Assembly: GCA_022605425.2 (NCBI GenBank)
Contig: JAKIMF020000004.1
Location: forward strand, 1,054,001-1,118,000
Direction of reading: 5' to 3'
Source of the DNA: Hamiltosporidium tvaerminnensis FI-OER-3-3
Taxonomy: Eukaryota; Fungi; Microsporidia
Length of the DNA stretch: 64,000 nucleotides
Positions 53,447 to 64,000 of this stretch are shown piece by piece. Made by a program: the position numbers and the translations under genes. The notes beneath the pieces are model-generated. The model ran no database searches, was not told the DNA's origin, and saw only the letters and a program-made list of their open reading frames with translations. The stretch's first letter is position 1; each line of letters starts with the position of its first letter.

Positions 53447-55432
53447 ATGAACCAAAAAGCCCCTTTGTTCATGGATATTACAAATCAGTATAAAAAAGAA
53501 AAAATAGAAAAATTTTTAAAAGTAAAAAATAAAGAAATTGCGGAAAAGCAAATATCTGTCGATGAAATTATAAAAAGTATAGATAAAGAAAGAAAAAAAT
53601 TAAACCAAAATACATTTGAAAAAAAGAATAAATGTGCAATTAAAAATTTAAATTTGCAACAGCGAAATAAATATGAAGCATTGATTTGTAAATATCGAAA
53701 AGATCCCGGTGTTTATATTAAATATGCCAATTTAGAAGAAAATTTTGGAGAATATAATAAAGCTAGATCTGTTTATGAGAGAGCAATAGATTTTAATTAT
53801 TCAGTTGATACTTTATGGTTTAAGTATATCGATTTTGAATTGAGAAATAATTTTTTAAACCATGCTCGAAACTTATTCGAGCGATTTATAGAATTACATC
53901 CTGGTAATGAAAAAGCGTGGCTTAAATATATAAATTTTGAAAAATCGAAAAAAGAAAACGAAAATGTCCGTAGAATTTTTAAAATGTGGATAAATAAAAT
54001 TACAAATGAAAATAATTATCATTATTATATTGAATTCGAAATTAAAGATAAAAAAATAGATAAGGCAAGAGAATTATTTGAAGAGCTTATTATGAAATGC
54101 AAAACAATAAATAATTTTTTAAAATATGCTCAATTTGAAATAAAACAGAAAGAATTTAAAGCTGCAGAAAATATTTTTAATAGTATTTTAACCGATTTTA
54201 AAGAAAAAGAAATTACAGCGGCTTTTTTTATTAAATTTTCTGATTTTTTCATAAATTTGAATAAAAAAGAACGGGCAGTTGATATTTTGAAAAAAGGCAA
54301 TAATCTTTTACGCTATTCTGCAGAATTAATTGATAAAACATTAGAAACGACATATTTTGAAATAGATAATTTGGATAATCTTTTGATTAAACGGAAATTT
54401 GCGATTCTTATTCAAAATTCTTTAGAAAAAATTTTTTATTGTAAATATAATGAAATTGAAATTCATAAATATTTTTATATTGGAAGCTTTAATTTAAAAG
54501 AAATGCTAAAAAACTGTAATGAAGAAGAAGAAAAAGAAATTTCTTGTAAAATTTATACAAATTTGGAAAAATTATTTTATAATTTCGATTTTAACAAATT
54601 TATGAGTTCTAAATTTGAACAAATTCATATTTATAGTTTACTTGATTTATTTTTAGATGTTGCAAATATTTTTGAGAAGTATGAAGATCTAAAAAAAGTA
54701 GAATTTATATATGAAAATGTTATTTGTTTTATAATTAAATTGGGAATTAATTACTCAAAAGTATTTGTAGAATACGCAAAATATTTTGAGCGAGCAAATA
54801 AAATTAGCGAATCTAGAAAAATATATGGGAAAGCTATTGGTTTATTGCCTACTTCAGAAGTTTTTGAAAATTATTTGGAAATGGAGAAGAAATTGAAAGA
54901 AGACGACCGGGTACGTAAAATATATGAAAAATATCTTGAAAATGACTTAGAAAATGGTCTGGTATGGTTAGAATTTTCAAAATGGGAATATAAACACTTA
55001 GAGATGTACAGAACACATAGTATATTAGATCTTGGTTTAAAATATGCAGAATTCAACAGAAAAGAGATATTTGAATTTTATATTGAAATAGAAAAGAAAA
55101 TAGATTGTTTAAAAACATGCAAACTGTATGAAAAGTTTTGTAATGAATTTCCCAAAGAAGAAAATTATTTTAGTTTTTTTGAATTTCTAAAAGAAAACCA
55201 ATTTAATACAATTTTAGACAAGAAAATATTTCAAATTCTTTTTAAAAATCTTGAAAATAATTCAATCGAATTTACAGATATTTTACATAAATTTAATTTT
55301 ACATCTCAAGAGAGAACTCAATTTATAAATCAAAAGACTTTACTTTATAACGAAAAACATTCAGTTAAACCCATAAATAAAATTTCCGATCTCCTTGAAA
55401 TTTCTAAGAAATGGAAATCTAATAATGATTAA
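53447..55432 (+). CDS. CLF1: Pre-mRNA splicing factor Clf1/Syf3/crooked neck (HAT-repeat NTC component)
   Basis: 661 aa with HAT repeats: YIKYANLEE..KARSVYERAID..LWFKYIDFELRN..NHARNLFER..P..WLKY, and C-terminal SRKIYGKAIG..P and DRVRKIYEKYLE, characteristic of Clf1/CRNKL1. Confidence 0.9.
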   Translation: MNQKAPLFMDITNQYKKEKIEKFLKVKNKEIAEKQISVDEIIKSIDKERKKLNQNTFEKKNKCAIKNLNLQQRNKYEALICKYRKDPGVYIKYANLEENFGEYNKARSVYERAIDFNYSVDTLWFKYIDFELRNNFLNHARNLFERFIELHPGNEKAWLKYINFEKSKKENENVRRIFKMWINKITNENNYHYYIEFEIKDKKIDKARELFEELIMKCKTINNFLKYAQFEIKQKEFKAAENIFNSILTDFKEKEITAAFFIKFSDFFINLNKKERAVDILKKGNNLLRYSAELIDKTLETTYFEIDNLDNLLIKRKFAILIQNSLEKIFYCKYNEIEIHKYFYIGSFNLKEMLKNCNEEEEKEISCKIYTNLEKLFYNFDFNKFMSSKFEQIHIYSLLDLFLDVANIFEKYEDLKKVEFIYENVICFIIKLGINYSKVFVEYAKYFERANKISESRKIYGKAIGLLPTSEVFENYLEMEKKLKEDDRVRKIYEKYLENDLENGLVWLEFSKWEYKHLEMYRTHSILDLGLKYAEFNRKEIFEFYIEIEKKIDCLKTCKLYEKFCNEFPKEENYFSFFEFLKENQFNTILDKKIFQILFKNLENNSIEFTDILHKFNFTSQERTQFINQKTLLYNEKHSVKPINKISDLLEISKKWKSNND

Positions 55433-56499
55433 AATATAAAACAAGAAAAACTTAAGTATAAATTTAAGCAAGTATATTTAAACCATACATTCTTCGATAT
55501 TTGAATGAATCAGATATTTTTTAAATTTATAGACATATTTTTAAACATTTGTATTTCAATACTGAGTAAAATATGTTGAAACTCTTTTTAAATATTTAAA
55601 TATCAAATTTTTAAATTCTTTTACTACTAAATTTAATTCTAAAATATTTTCAAATCTTTAAATAAACATTGATTATCTTAAATAATAGATATTATTTTTT
55701 ACAGAACTACTTTTATTAAATATTTTGTTCAAAATTTTTCTCTCATTTGGCCATTTTTTTACGGCTCAAATTTTTTACTTGGTTTTTTAAATTCTACAAA
55801 AATGTTGTCTGTTTTAAATTGTAAGATATTTTTTTATTAAAGAACAATTACTTATAGTTCTTATGAATTTGATTGAATTAAAACGGCCAAAAAAAGTAAA
55901 AAAATATTAATTAAATTAAATATTTTTTTGATATTTAGAGTTGCAGAAAACAAATCCTTTAATCTTGCATTTTTTTAATGACAGTAATATGTAATGATGG
56001 TAAATATCTTCAAACAATGAGAGAAAACTTTAAGAAATATTTTATTAAAAACGTAACTTAACTTGTTATAGAGAAATTCTGAACCGAGGAAAAAAAATAT
56101 TTGAAAAAATTAATCCGCATATTTTTTTTAAAGTTTATTTTCTGAAGATCGAATGTTTTTCATCGGTTTAAAAATGCATGGATTGATATGTAAACTCAAA
56201 AATTAGAATTAAATAGTGCTTAAATTTAGTAAATTTTGTATTTTTCAATCTAATTTTGATAACATATGTTGGAATTTTTAAACATAGAAAGGAAATCAAT
56301 AGGATATATTCTAATATTTGTTTCAAAAACCATATATGAGAGATAATTTGGATATTTAGATACCTGGGATCTCATTCTATACAATACTTTTATTTTTGTA
56401 TTAAAAAAGCATTCAAAAAGTTACTATTTAAAAAATAACTTTAAAATTTTGATGACAAAAAAATTTATTATTTTTTTTTAAATTTTATACCCGATTTAA

Positions 56500-57630
56500 A
56501 TGGAAGAATTTTTAGAGAATTATTTTAAAGATGAATCGATAGAAAAAATAAAATATTTATATTCAGCAAGAATAGATAACAAAACTAAGATTTCAAAGTG
56601 GTATCTTTTAATATTAGAAAGTGCACGTAAAAGAATTTTGAATCCTAGAAATATATTTGTGCTCCCTAGCAACTTATCTGAAAAATTTATATTTAAAAAT
56701 GAAGTACCCATTTGCGTAAACAAGGTATTAGATTATTTTATTGAAGAAGATAATATAATACATGAAAAAAATGGATATTTCAGACAAATTTGTCGTTTGT
56801 TTACAAAAGATAGTGTATTTAATAATAAAGATTCTGATTTTTTTGTTGATGAAGATCAACATACGAAAAAGAATTTGGAAGGAAATAAAAATGATATTTG
56901 TAAAATATTTCAAAGATCGATGAGCATTCAAAATATAAAAGAAAATAGAATTTATATTCTTAAAGATCTTGTTTTTGAATGGTTTGAAATCATAAAAAAA
57001 ACTGTTGATTCGGTTATAGAAGAGAATTATTTTATTTCAAGATATAATCATGTTTTAAACAAACAAGAATTATATTTGCTTCTAGAAATATTACAGAGAT
57101 ATAAAAAGATTGGTATTTGTAAGGAAAAGGAATTATGCTTGATTCTTTTTGATAAGGAAACTGACACAAAGCGTAAAAATATAGCGATTCTTAAATCAAG
57201 AATTTTTAAACTTAAAAATTTTATTGACTCAAACAAATTACAAATCGAGAAACAAAATTTTAAGTCCAATTTAATGAATGAGTTTGTTAAAGATAGAAAT
57301 AATGTTCTATTGCAAAAAATATTGCAAGCTGATCAATTTAAAGATTCTGTAATTGAAAAAATTACAAATTTAGAACAATTAAGCATTTTTAAAAAATTTT
57401 CACAAGATTTTCCAAATATTAAGAATCTTTATTTAAACTATGGAGATGGAAATACACATTTTATTGATGAAAGTCTGTTCAACATCGATAGTATTCTTTC
57501 TATGTCTAATGATCAAGAGAATATAAAAAATAAACCAACTATGCATTATAAATCTTCTATAGACTTAAATGAAAGTAAAGATTTGAAAAGAACAGATTTT
57601 GAACAAAAAGAAAAACACTTTAATAGTTAA
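56500..57630 (+). CDS. Hypothetical protein, possibly CHMP7/Chm7-like (winged-helix region plus Snf7-like coiled coil)
   Basis: 376-aa ORF with CCC 9 nt upstream. The N-terminal LYS...KISKWYLLI...VPICVNKVL resembles the CHMP7 N-terminus and is followed by a helical K/E/Q-rich region. The functional call is tentative. Confidence 0.6.
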   Translation: MEEFLENYFKDESIEKIKYLYSARIDNKTKISKWYLLILESARKRILNPRNIFVLPSNLSEKFIFKNEVPICVNKVLDYFIEEDNIIHEKNGYFRQICRLFTKDSVFNNKDSDFFVDEDQHTKKNLEGNKNDICKIFQRSMSIQNIKENRIYILKDLVFEWFEIIKKTVDSVIEENYFISRYNHVLNKQELYLLLEILQRYKKIGICKEKELCLILFDKETDTKRKNIAILKSRIFKLKNFIDSNKLQIEKQNFKSNLMNEFVKDRNNVLLQKILQADQFKDSVIEKITNLEQLSIFKKFSQDFPNIKNLYLNYGDGNTHFIDESLFNIDSILSMSNDQENIKNKPTMHYKSSIDLNESKDLKRTDFEQKEKHFNS

Positions 57631-58161
57631 TTAATGAATCAACAAAATATTTTTAAAATAGACACAGAGTTTATATTATAACAAATAGAAATACAATACA
57701 ATGGAAGAATATATTTTTATGAAATTTCTAAATTCTACCACACGAAAAGAATTTGCAGTAAGTTTAATTTCTGACAAATCATACACCACAATAATTTTGG
57801 AAAATTTATAAAAATTCTAGTCAAAATCCTCATTAATTTATTACTGTATTATCAGAATAAAAAAGTTTAAAAGTAAAATATTAACCTTTGCTTTATAATT
57901 TGTACATCTAAAAGATTCTTCAGAGTAACCATTTATAGATATTTTTAATTTTCTGAAAATCATATGTAATTAATTCTTATATTTACTGTTTTATAATTTC
58001 TTTTCTTGTCTAAATACACTTAAATTGAAAGCTATTGGGTTTATTACTTTTGTTTTGATAGTTTAGAAAATTCCTTAAATTAAGTCTGATAGGTGAATTG
58101 TATCCTATAAGTTAAAATTTTTTTAAAACAATCTGATTATTTTAAAATTTTGATTTGATTT

Positions 58162-58340
58162 CCGGAATAGAATAACCAGATTAAAAACTTTTTGCTTGTC
58201 AATGAGTGTGTGAATAGGTGTGAAACCAATTGTTATAATTTAATGAGAAATAATCCAACTCATATATTTGAGCTAATTTCCTATAATCCTGAGGTACAAA
58301 AAATTAAAAGAAATAAATGGGAAAGTAAAGTATGTTTTAA
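58162..58340 (+). mobile_element. SINE-like family B copy (degenerate)
   Basis: ataaccagattaaaaactttttgcttgtcaatgagtgtgtgaa head and aatcc.gag..acaa..aattaaaagaa middle block. Confidence 0.65.
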
Positions 58341-58753
58341 AAACAATGAAATTAATTGAAATTAAAGTATAATTTATCGAATTTAAAAGTACGAGATTTT
58401 GAGGAAAAAATAAGAATCTGTGAGTTTTAAATAAGTTGACCTGGAAAAATGGCTTTACATGAAAGAGAAATAGACAAATACTGTGCTATAACATTCACTG
58501 CAACAAAATTTGTTGCCTTTGACTTGTTCATACCTGATGCGGGGGTAAACAAAGATTTGAATAGATATGCAAGCAAGATTTGTGCTCTAATCTTAATAAT
58601 TTAAGGACATCTAAATGAAGACTATAAATTTTAATAAACTCATAGAATTTAAACTAAAAAATATTGGCAAAATAATTTTAAGAAATAATTATTTTCTTCT
58701 TTTTTGCTTTTTTTTGATTATATTTAGATTTACTGTTTGATAATTTATATCAG

Positions 58754-58975
58754 TCAAGGATGGATAACCATATTAAAAACTATTCGATTGGCAATTAGTG
58801 TATAAAATTGATTTGAAGATAATTCCTGCCATTGTGATAGAATGTAGACCACACTGAATCTATAGGCCAATCTCTTTAAATCCGAGTTACAATAAATTAA
58901 AAGAATATTAGAAATCGTTTATTCGTTCATTTTTGATACCGAGGAGTAAAAGAGAATAGAATAAGTAATTAAAGT
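58754..58975 (+). mobile_element. SINE-like family B copy
   Basis: Collinear with 50144-50368 (ggataaccatattaaaaact..atctataggcc.atctc..aaatccgagt..attaaaagaa..gttcat..gtaaaagag..aataagtaa). Confidence 0.78.
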
Positions 58976-59004
58976 CTAAATTTAAAATCATAAATAATAT
59001 ATTT

Positions 59005-59170
59005 TGCTATCAATATAATAAAATTTCGATCAATATAATAATCCTTGCAATCGATATAATAATTTTTCGATCAATATAATAATCCTTTCAAACAATTTAA
59101 TAATTTTTCGATCAATATAATAATCCTTGCAATCAATATAATAATCCTTGCAATCAATATAATAATTATT
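59005..59170. repeat. Tandem ~20-21-bp sub-repeats (ATCAATATAATAAT + CCTTGCA or TTTTCG) in the left TIR
   Basis: About 8 units are visible; 2 inverted units lie at 60505-60540. Confidence 0.9.
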
Positions 59171-59252
59171 TTTAAAAAATAAAAATTTAAAAAATAGAAA
59201 TTTAAAAAATAGAAATTGAAAAAATAAAATTATAAATAGTACTTGAGATTTA

Positions 59253-60405
59253 TTATTCATGAAACATTTGCCCTACCTCAGCCTTTTGCAAATATCCTAA
59301 CATTTTACGGTAAAAAGAACTACAATGTTCTCCCGTGATTTCATTAAATTTTTCATAAATTAATATTCTCAACTGAGGCTCAGTACGAGCACCACCTCGA
59401 ATTACTTTATTTTTCCAGACTGAGAATACATTCTCAATTGGATTAAGAAATGGAGAGTAAGGTGGAAGATATTTTATTCGATACGAAGCAATTTCCTCAT
59501 CATCATTCAATCCACGATAGTGATGAATTCTCGCATTGTCCATTACAAATATTGGAGTCAGAATTCCTTGCCTTTGACAACTTTCATTAATCTCCTTAAT
59601 AAATAATTTAAAATCCTCATCATTTACGGCCCTCTCATGAATCTTATGGTATATCATACCATATTTGTTCATTGCTGCGACTACTGAAATATTTATACTT
59701 CGAGCTGCTGTTACAGATAGGTATGCAGATTCACTTCTCATGTTACGACCTCTACTGGGGCGTGTGACTACTGCAAACCCAACTTCATCTAAAAAGACAA
59801 AGTTTTTGTCATCGTTATCAACCTCCAACTCACGAAAACTAGTTACGTAATTGGTTCTTAGCTCAATTATCGAAAGTGTATTTCTACGCTCAGGCTAATG
59901 TTACACGCTTTAGGGTGTAATGGAACTCCTTTAGTGCGCGATCAATTGTACTAGTTGACACATCACCATTAAATGTACATTTGACCCATTCTGCCAACTC
60001 ATACAGGTTTTTGCGCTCCAAATCACATAGGTTTGTGGCTCTCTTTTATTTCAAGTTAACTTTGAGCGCCTATCACACCTCTTTTCGACAATACCAGCCG
60101 GTTTTTGATATCGTCTACGATACTTTAACCGTCTGGCAATTTATTCGATACATAGAGGCAATTGCGGGCATAGAATAGCTTTCTAATTTCTTTTGAATTA
60201 TGCGTTCCCGATCATTAATAGAAACTTTTTGTTTCCTCAGAATTGGAATGGGGGTTAGTGGGAGATTTTCATCATGTGATCCCGATGTTTCCACAAGACA
60301 CTTCAAAACATTGTCATTTTCGCACTCTATACATTCCGGTATTTCCCCTACATGAAAATCATATTTGTTCTCGTTGGTATTTTTACCTAAAAAAGAATTT
60401 GACAT
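59253..60405 (-). pseudogene. DD34E transposase, frameshifted
   Basis: FLDEVGF, VMDNARIH, then 34 residues to LPPYSPFLNPIE. HTH parts (ERIIQK..IASMYRIN, VSTSTIDRALKEFHYTLKR) lie in other frames upstream. Confidence 0.92.
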
Positions 60406-62476
60406 GGAAGTTAATTTTATAATGAATGAATTATTTTTTCAATTTTTATTTTATAAATTTCTATTTTTTTAATTTTTTTTTAAATTTCTATTTTTTAAAA
60501 ATAATTATTATATTGATTGCAGATTATTATATTGATCGAAAAACCCTATAAGTAGAAATAAACTTACAAGAATTTTTTTAAAACCTTTAAACTAAAAAAA
60601 TAGGAATTACGAATATATCAACAGAATTGTATTCAATATAAATGCATTTTTTTGTTCATAAGTTTTTTGAACCTTAAAAACTATTATTAAGATATTTTTA
60701 AACCAAATCTAAAAAGTTTAAAGTATCGAAGAATATTTAAATTTAAGCTATCAATAAAGTATAAAAAATAATTAGTGTTGATTGATCAGGCGAAGTCGAA
60801 TCAAGTAAAATCTCAATGAATAAAATATTAACAGCAACAAATGTAATAAAAAGATTGCAGACAAATACAATTATCAAAAAATTTGCAGGCTGACTAGGAA
60901 TAGCTTTTTAATCTATCTAGAGAAAAGAAAACGTAGCCACGTATGCAATGGCTACATATAAATCGTAAAATGGAAATTAAAAAATTAAAGTGCATTAGAA
61001 CCAGAAAATAAGTCAATTAGACGTAAAATATTTTAACAGTGCAATTATCTAGAATACATTAAAATATCGTTAATAATATAATTTTAATTTACTTAATAAT
61101 TTATTAATTATTAGAATTTTTAAACATTTTGTATGTTCTTTAAAATTAAGATATAAAATATATGGTGTTGATAGGAATTTGTTTAAAAAAATATTTACCT
61201 TTCAAATTAACATTTTATGATTTTTTTTATCATTTTTTAAATTATATGAAAAATAATATTTACTTAATTCAATAAATTTTAAAATTAAGTATAAAAAATA
61301 AAAAAATCTTTTTATTTATTGTTAATGAATCGGATTGCTTATTTGTTTATGAGGTAGGATATTTAAAAACAAGTTTTAAATATTTAAGAAAATGTAATTT
61401 TTTTTGTTATCAAAACATTTATATTTATTGTTTTATTATTAATCTCCTGTTTTTTTATTCCTCCATATATTTGTTTATATGTCAATAATAATCGAATAGT
61501 AAACAATTCGATCTATTTATTTATCATGTTGGCTTCTATATAGGCAATGTATAAATAATTTTAATCTTATATATTTCAGATTCATTTTTAGAATTTTTTT
61601 TAAGAGATACAACAAATATATTCTTCAAATTTCCAAACTGAATAATTTATTAGATACAATCGTACAAATTACACTTTTTAAATATCCCGAGAAATATTAT
61701 TTTGCTAAAACAATTTTAGAACACATGAAAGATTAGAATTATGTATATAAGTGTTGGGGCTGAATAACCCTTTAAAATTGTCCCCTTTTGTAACGAATTT
61801 TAATGTGAATGTTTAGAGATTTTTGATCGAGTATAGAATAACCATTTATATAATTCAGTAATGTCCCGACAACGACGATTCACCTCGAAATGTTTAATTG
61901 GTTAAAAAATTTAAGACACTAGTAAAAGTGCTCCAATTCAAACATGTCGCTTTCTATTTGTTCCTAAATCTTACCCAAAAAATAATAGTTCCTATAAGCG
62001 AACATAAAACGTTTGAAAAGATTCTATTGGTTCAAGAAAAATTTGAGGTAAACTCTGTTAAAATTGTTCCCAGGGTTTGTATTAATTAAGAACTAGTCGT
62101 TAAACCCGTAGAAACGGACTAAATTATATATCAAAAAATCTTTAATATTGAGTGAATTATTGCATAGTATAGAAATTTGTTTTATCTTCTTTATACTGTT
62201 GAAACTCCTGCTTATTAAGCATATTAAGTGGGAAAAGGTTTTCATTTCTATAAGATGCAGTTAAGAATATAGAAATAATTGAAGGGAGCCAAGGAATTTT
62301 AATTTACAAAGATATTGCATATACATCCTCCTTCAAACCGAAAATGTTAAGAAATTAACATAAGTAATTAAAGTCATTTATTTATCCTTAAATTTTTTTT
62401 AATAAATAAATTTTCTCCAACCTGGAACAAATAAATTTTTATATTGTTTACATTAAAATAATAAGATTTTAGACTT

Positions 62477-64000
62477 CTAAAATATTTTAATTTTAAAAAT
62501 ATAGCGCTTGTATTTTAATATATACTCAGTTGTCAGAAACTGGTTAATATCCTCATTTTTTGTAAATATTTTGTCACTTCCTGGCAAAATTTTATCTTGC
62601 TCAGCCGTATCTTTAATATAAACTTTAACATCACTTGAACATATAACACTGTAAAATGCAACATAGAATTGCCCATCGCCAAAACAGGTGTTGGCAAAAA
62701 AACAACAAACCTTGTCTAGTGTTTGACTTTGTGATTTGTTTATTGTCATAGCGAAAGCCAATCTGATTGGGAATTGTCTCCGTTAAGTTGAAAGGAAAGA
62801 CCTGAATCTATGGTCAAATCGATTCTTGGAGAAATATATAGTCCTCTTTTAAACAATCGGTCAATAATTTAGCTAATATTAGATTCGGCTTCATTTCACA
62901 TACAATTAGCCAAGTCCCGTTACAAAACCTTCTTTCTGTATTCAAATTTCTAAGAAGCATAATAATAGCGCCTTTTTAAGATAAGGAGCGTGAAGAGGTG
63001 TTCCAGAAGGTCAAGAGAATTTAAAAACTTTATATGATAATCAGTTATATTATAAGTATCATCACCAATAAGACTATCTGTACTTAAATAAGTTTTTTCT
63101 TTGCCCTAAAGAATATCAAGTACACTTTGATTGATTGTATCAACTTTTTCATTTGTATGCGCTAGAATTACCTTCTTGGAAAATTTACAGATCGTATGTA
63201 CGAATAGTAAGTACTTCGCCAAAAATATCTTTGACAATATCTTTAGAAATCATATAAAATAGGATTTCAATTGCGGTTTCTTCTAAACCCTCAGTATTCA
63301 TAAGTTGTCTATTGCCAAATTTAGCAGCTATTCACTATACGGCTTGTCTTTCGCTTGCATTGTTACGAAGCTTCAATGTGTTAAAGTTATTCCACAAAAA
63401 GCAATGCTTTAAGTTGGATTGAATAACGTCTGTTGCTTGAGCTCCGGGTATTACGGCAAACGATTTCAATAATCTCCTCCCAAAATTATTGCTTACACCA
63501 AAACTTAATCGGGATTTACATTAAATGTCTCTCAATAATCTATCTATAGTTTGCATGGAGAAACCTGGAGCTATGGTACCTTCATATTATATAATGCGAA
63601 AAGAATCATGAATTTCTCGCCCTTCGCTCGAGTTTAGTTATACACCACAAACAGACGTTTCATTAAGAATCAGTTGGAACTATAAATCTTGAATAATATG
63701 AGCCCCCTTTATCTAGTAAGTTTGTTAACATTCCTGTTAAGGCACCTGAAATAATAGTTCTTTCAATTCGTTTTATTGCATAATACAATGCTTTATAAAG
63801 ATAAGCCTTTCCCCTAACTCCTGGTCCGTCTAAAAAGAAAGACTTTTTTCGTTATTTCTGGTATTATAATGTGTTCTAAAGCATTTCTTTGCTCTTCATT
63901 TAATGTTTCTTCATAGTTAAAAATTTCTTGTTCATCAAATGTAGCACATAGTAGTAGAAGATTAGTCGGGAGGTATTCTAATCCGAAATCTCTACAGCGT
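62477..64000 (-). pseudogene. Helitron RepHel PIF1-like helicase remnant (continues beyond the window)
   Basis: RRQFPIRLAFAMTINKSQSQTLDKV..GQFYVA (PIF1 motifs V/VI) and a decayed Walker A, FFLDGPGVRGKAYLY, at ~63790-63840, with many stops and frameshifts. Confidence 0.9.

Larger units (their letters stand above)
59005..60546 (-). mobile_element. IS630/Tc1/mariner DNA transposon with long sub-repeated TIRs
   Basis: Inverted repeats at ~59104-59227 and 60431-60543. The right end reads ...gatcgaaaaaccc|TA. A DD34E transposase lies inside. Confidence 0.9.

Noticed and set aside
59005-59260. CRISPR-like array, or the 76-aa ORF with YYIDCKD repeats
   Set aside because: The units are contiguous with no unique spacers and are sub-repeats of the transposon TIR.
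61752-62110. Solo LTR beginning TGTTGGGG
   Set aside because: No matching CA end, TSD or second copy found in the window.

Overview
Very AT-rich, gene-sparse eukaryotic DNA, most likely from a large-genome microsporidian (Hamiltosporidium-like). This is inferred from intron-free divergent genes, CCC-like motifs just before start codons and microsporidian-type non-LTR RT remnants. I find about 10 host genes: a CLF1/crooked-neck HAT splicing factor, a CHMP7-like protein, a Mei2-like RRM protein, and three small families of secreted or membrane-anchored proteins (7 genes). Four of these genes are broken by a single lesion each. The apparently empty intergenic DNA holds many decayed mobile elements that the ORF track misses: an R4/Dong-like non-LTR family (one long decayed copy plus three 3' fragments, one with a clean 13-bp TSD), an RTE LINE remnant, a DD34E IS630/Tc1 transposon, a Helitron, and three short non-coding retroposon families. 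Two candidates stand out. (1) A SINE-like system in which one ~120-bp head is joined either to a ~600-bp body (8 copies, one with a 13-bp TSD) or to an RTE-LINE 3' tail (4 copies). (2) A single-copy structured ~400-bp locus at 26.9-27.3 kb with a hairpin, a CUAACCU motif and a pseudoknot in the order expected of a TTAGG telomerase RNA (speculative). All alignments were done by eye, and boundaries of degenerate elements are approximate.
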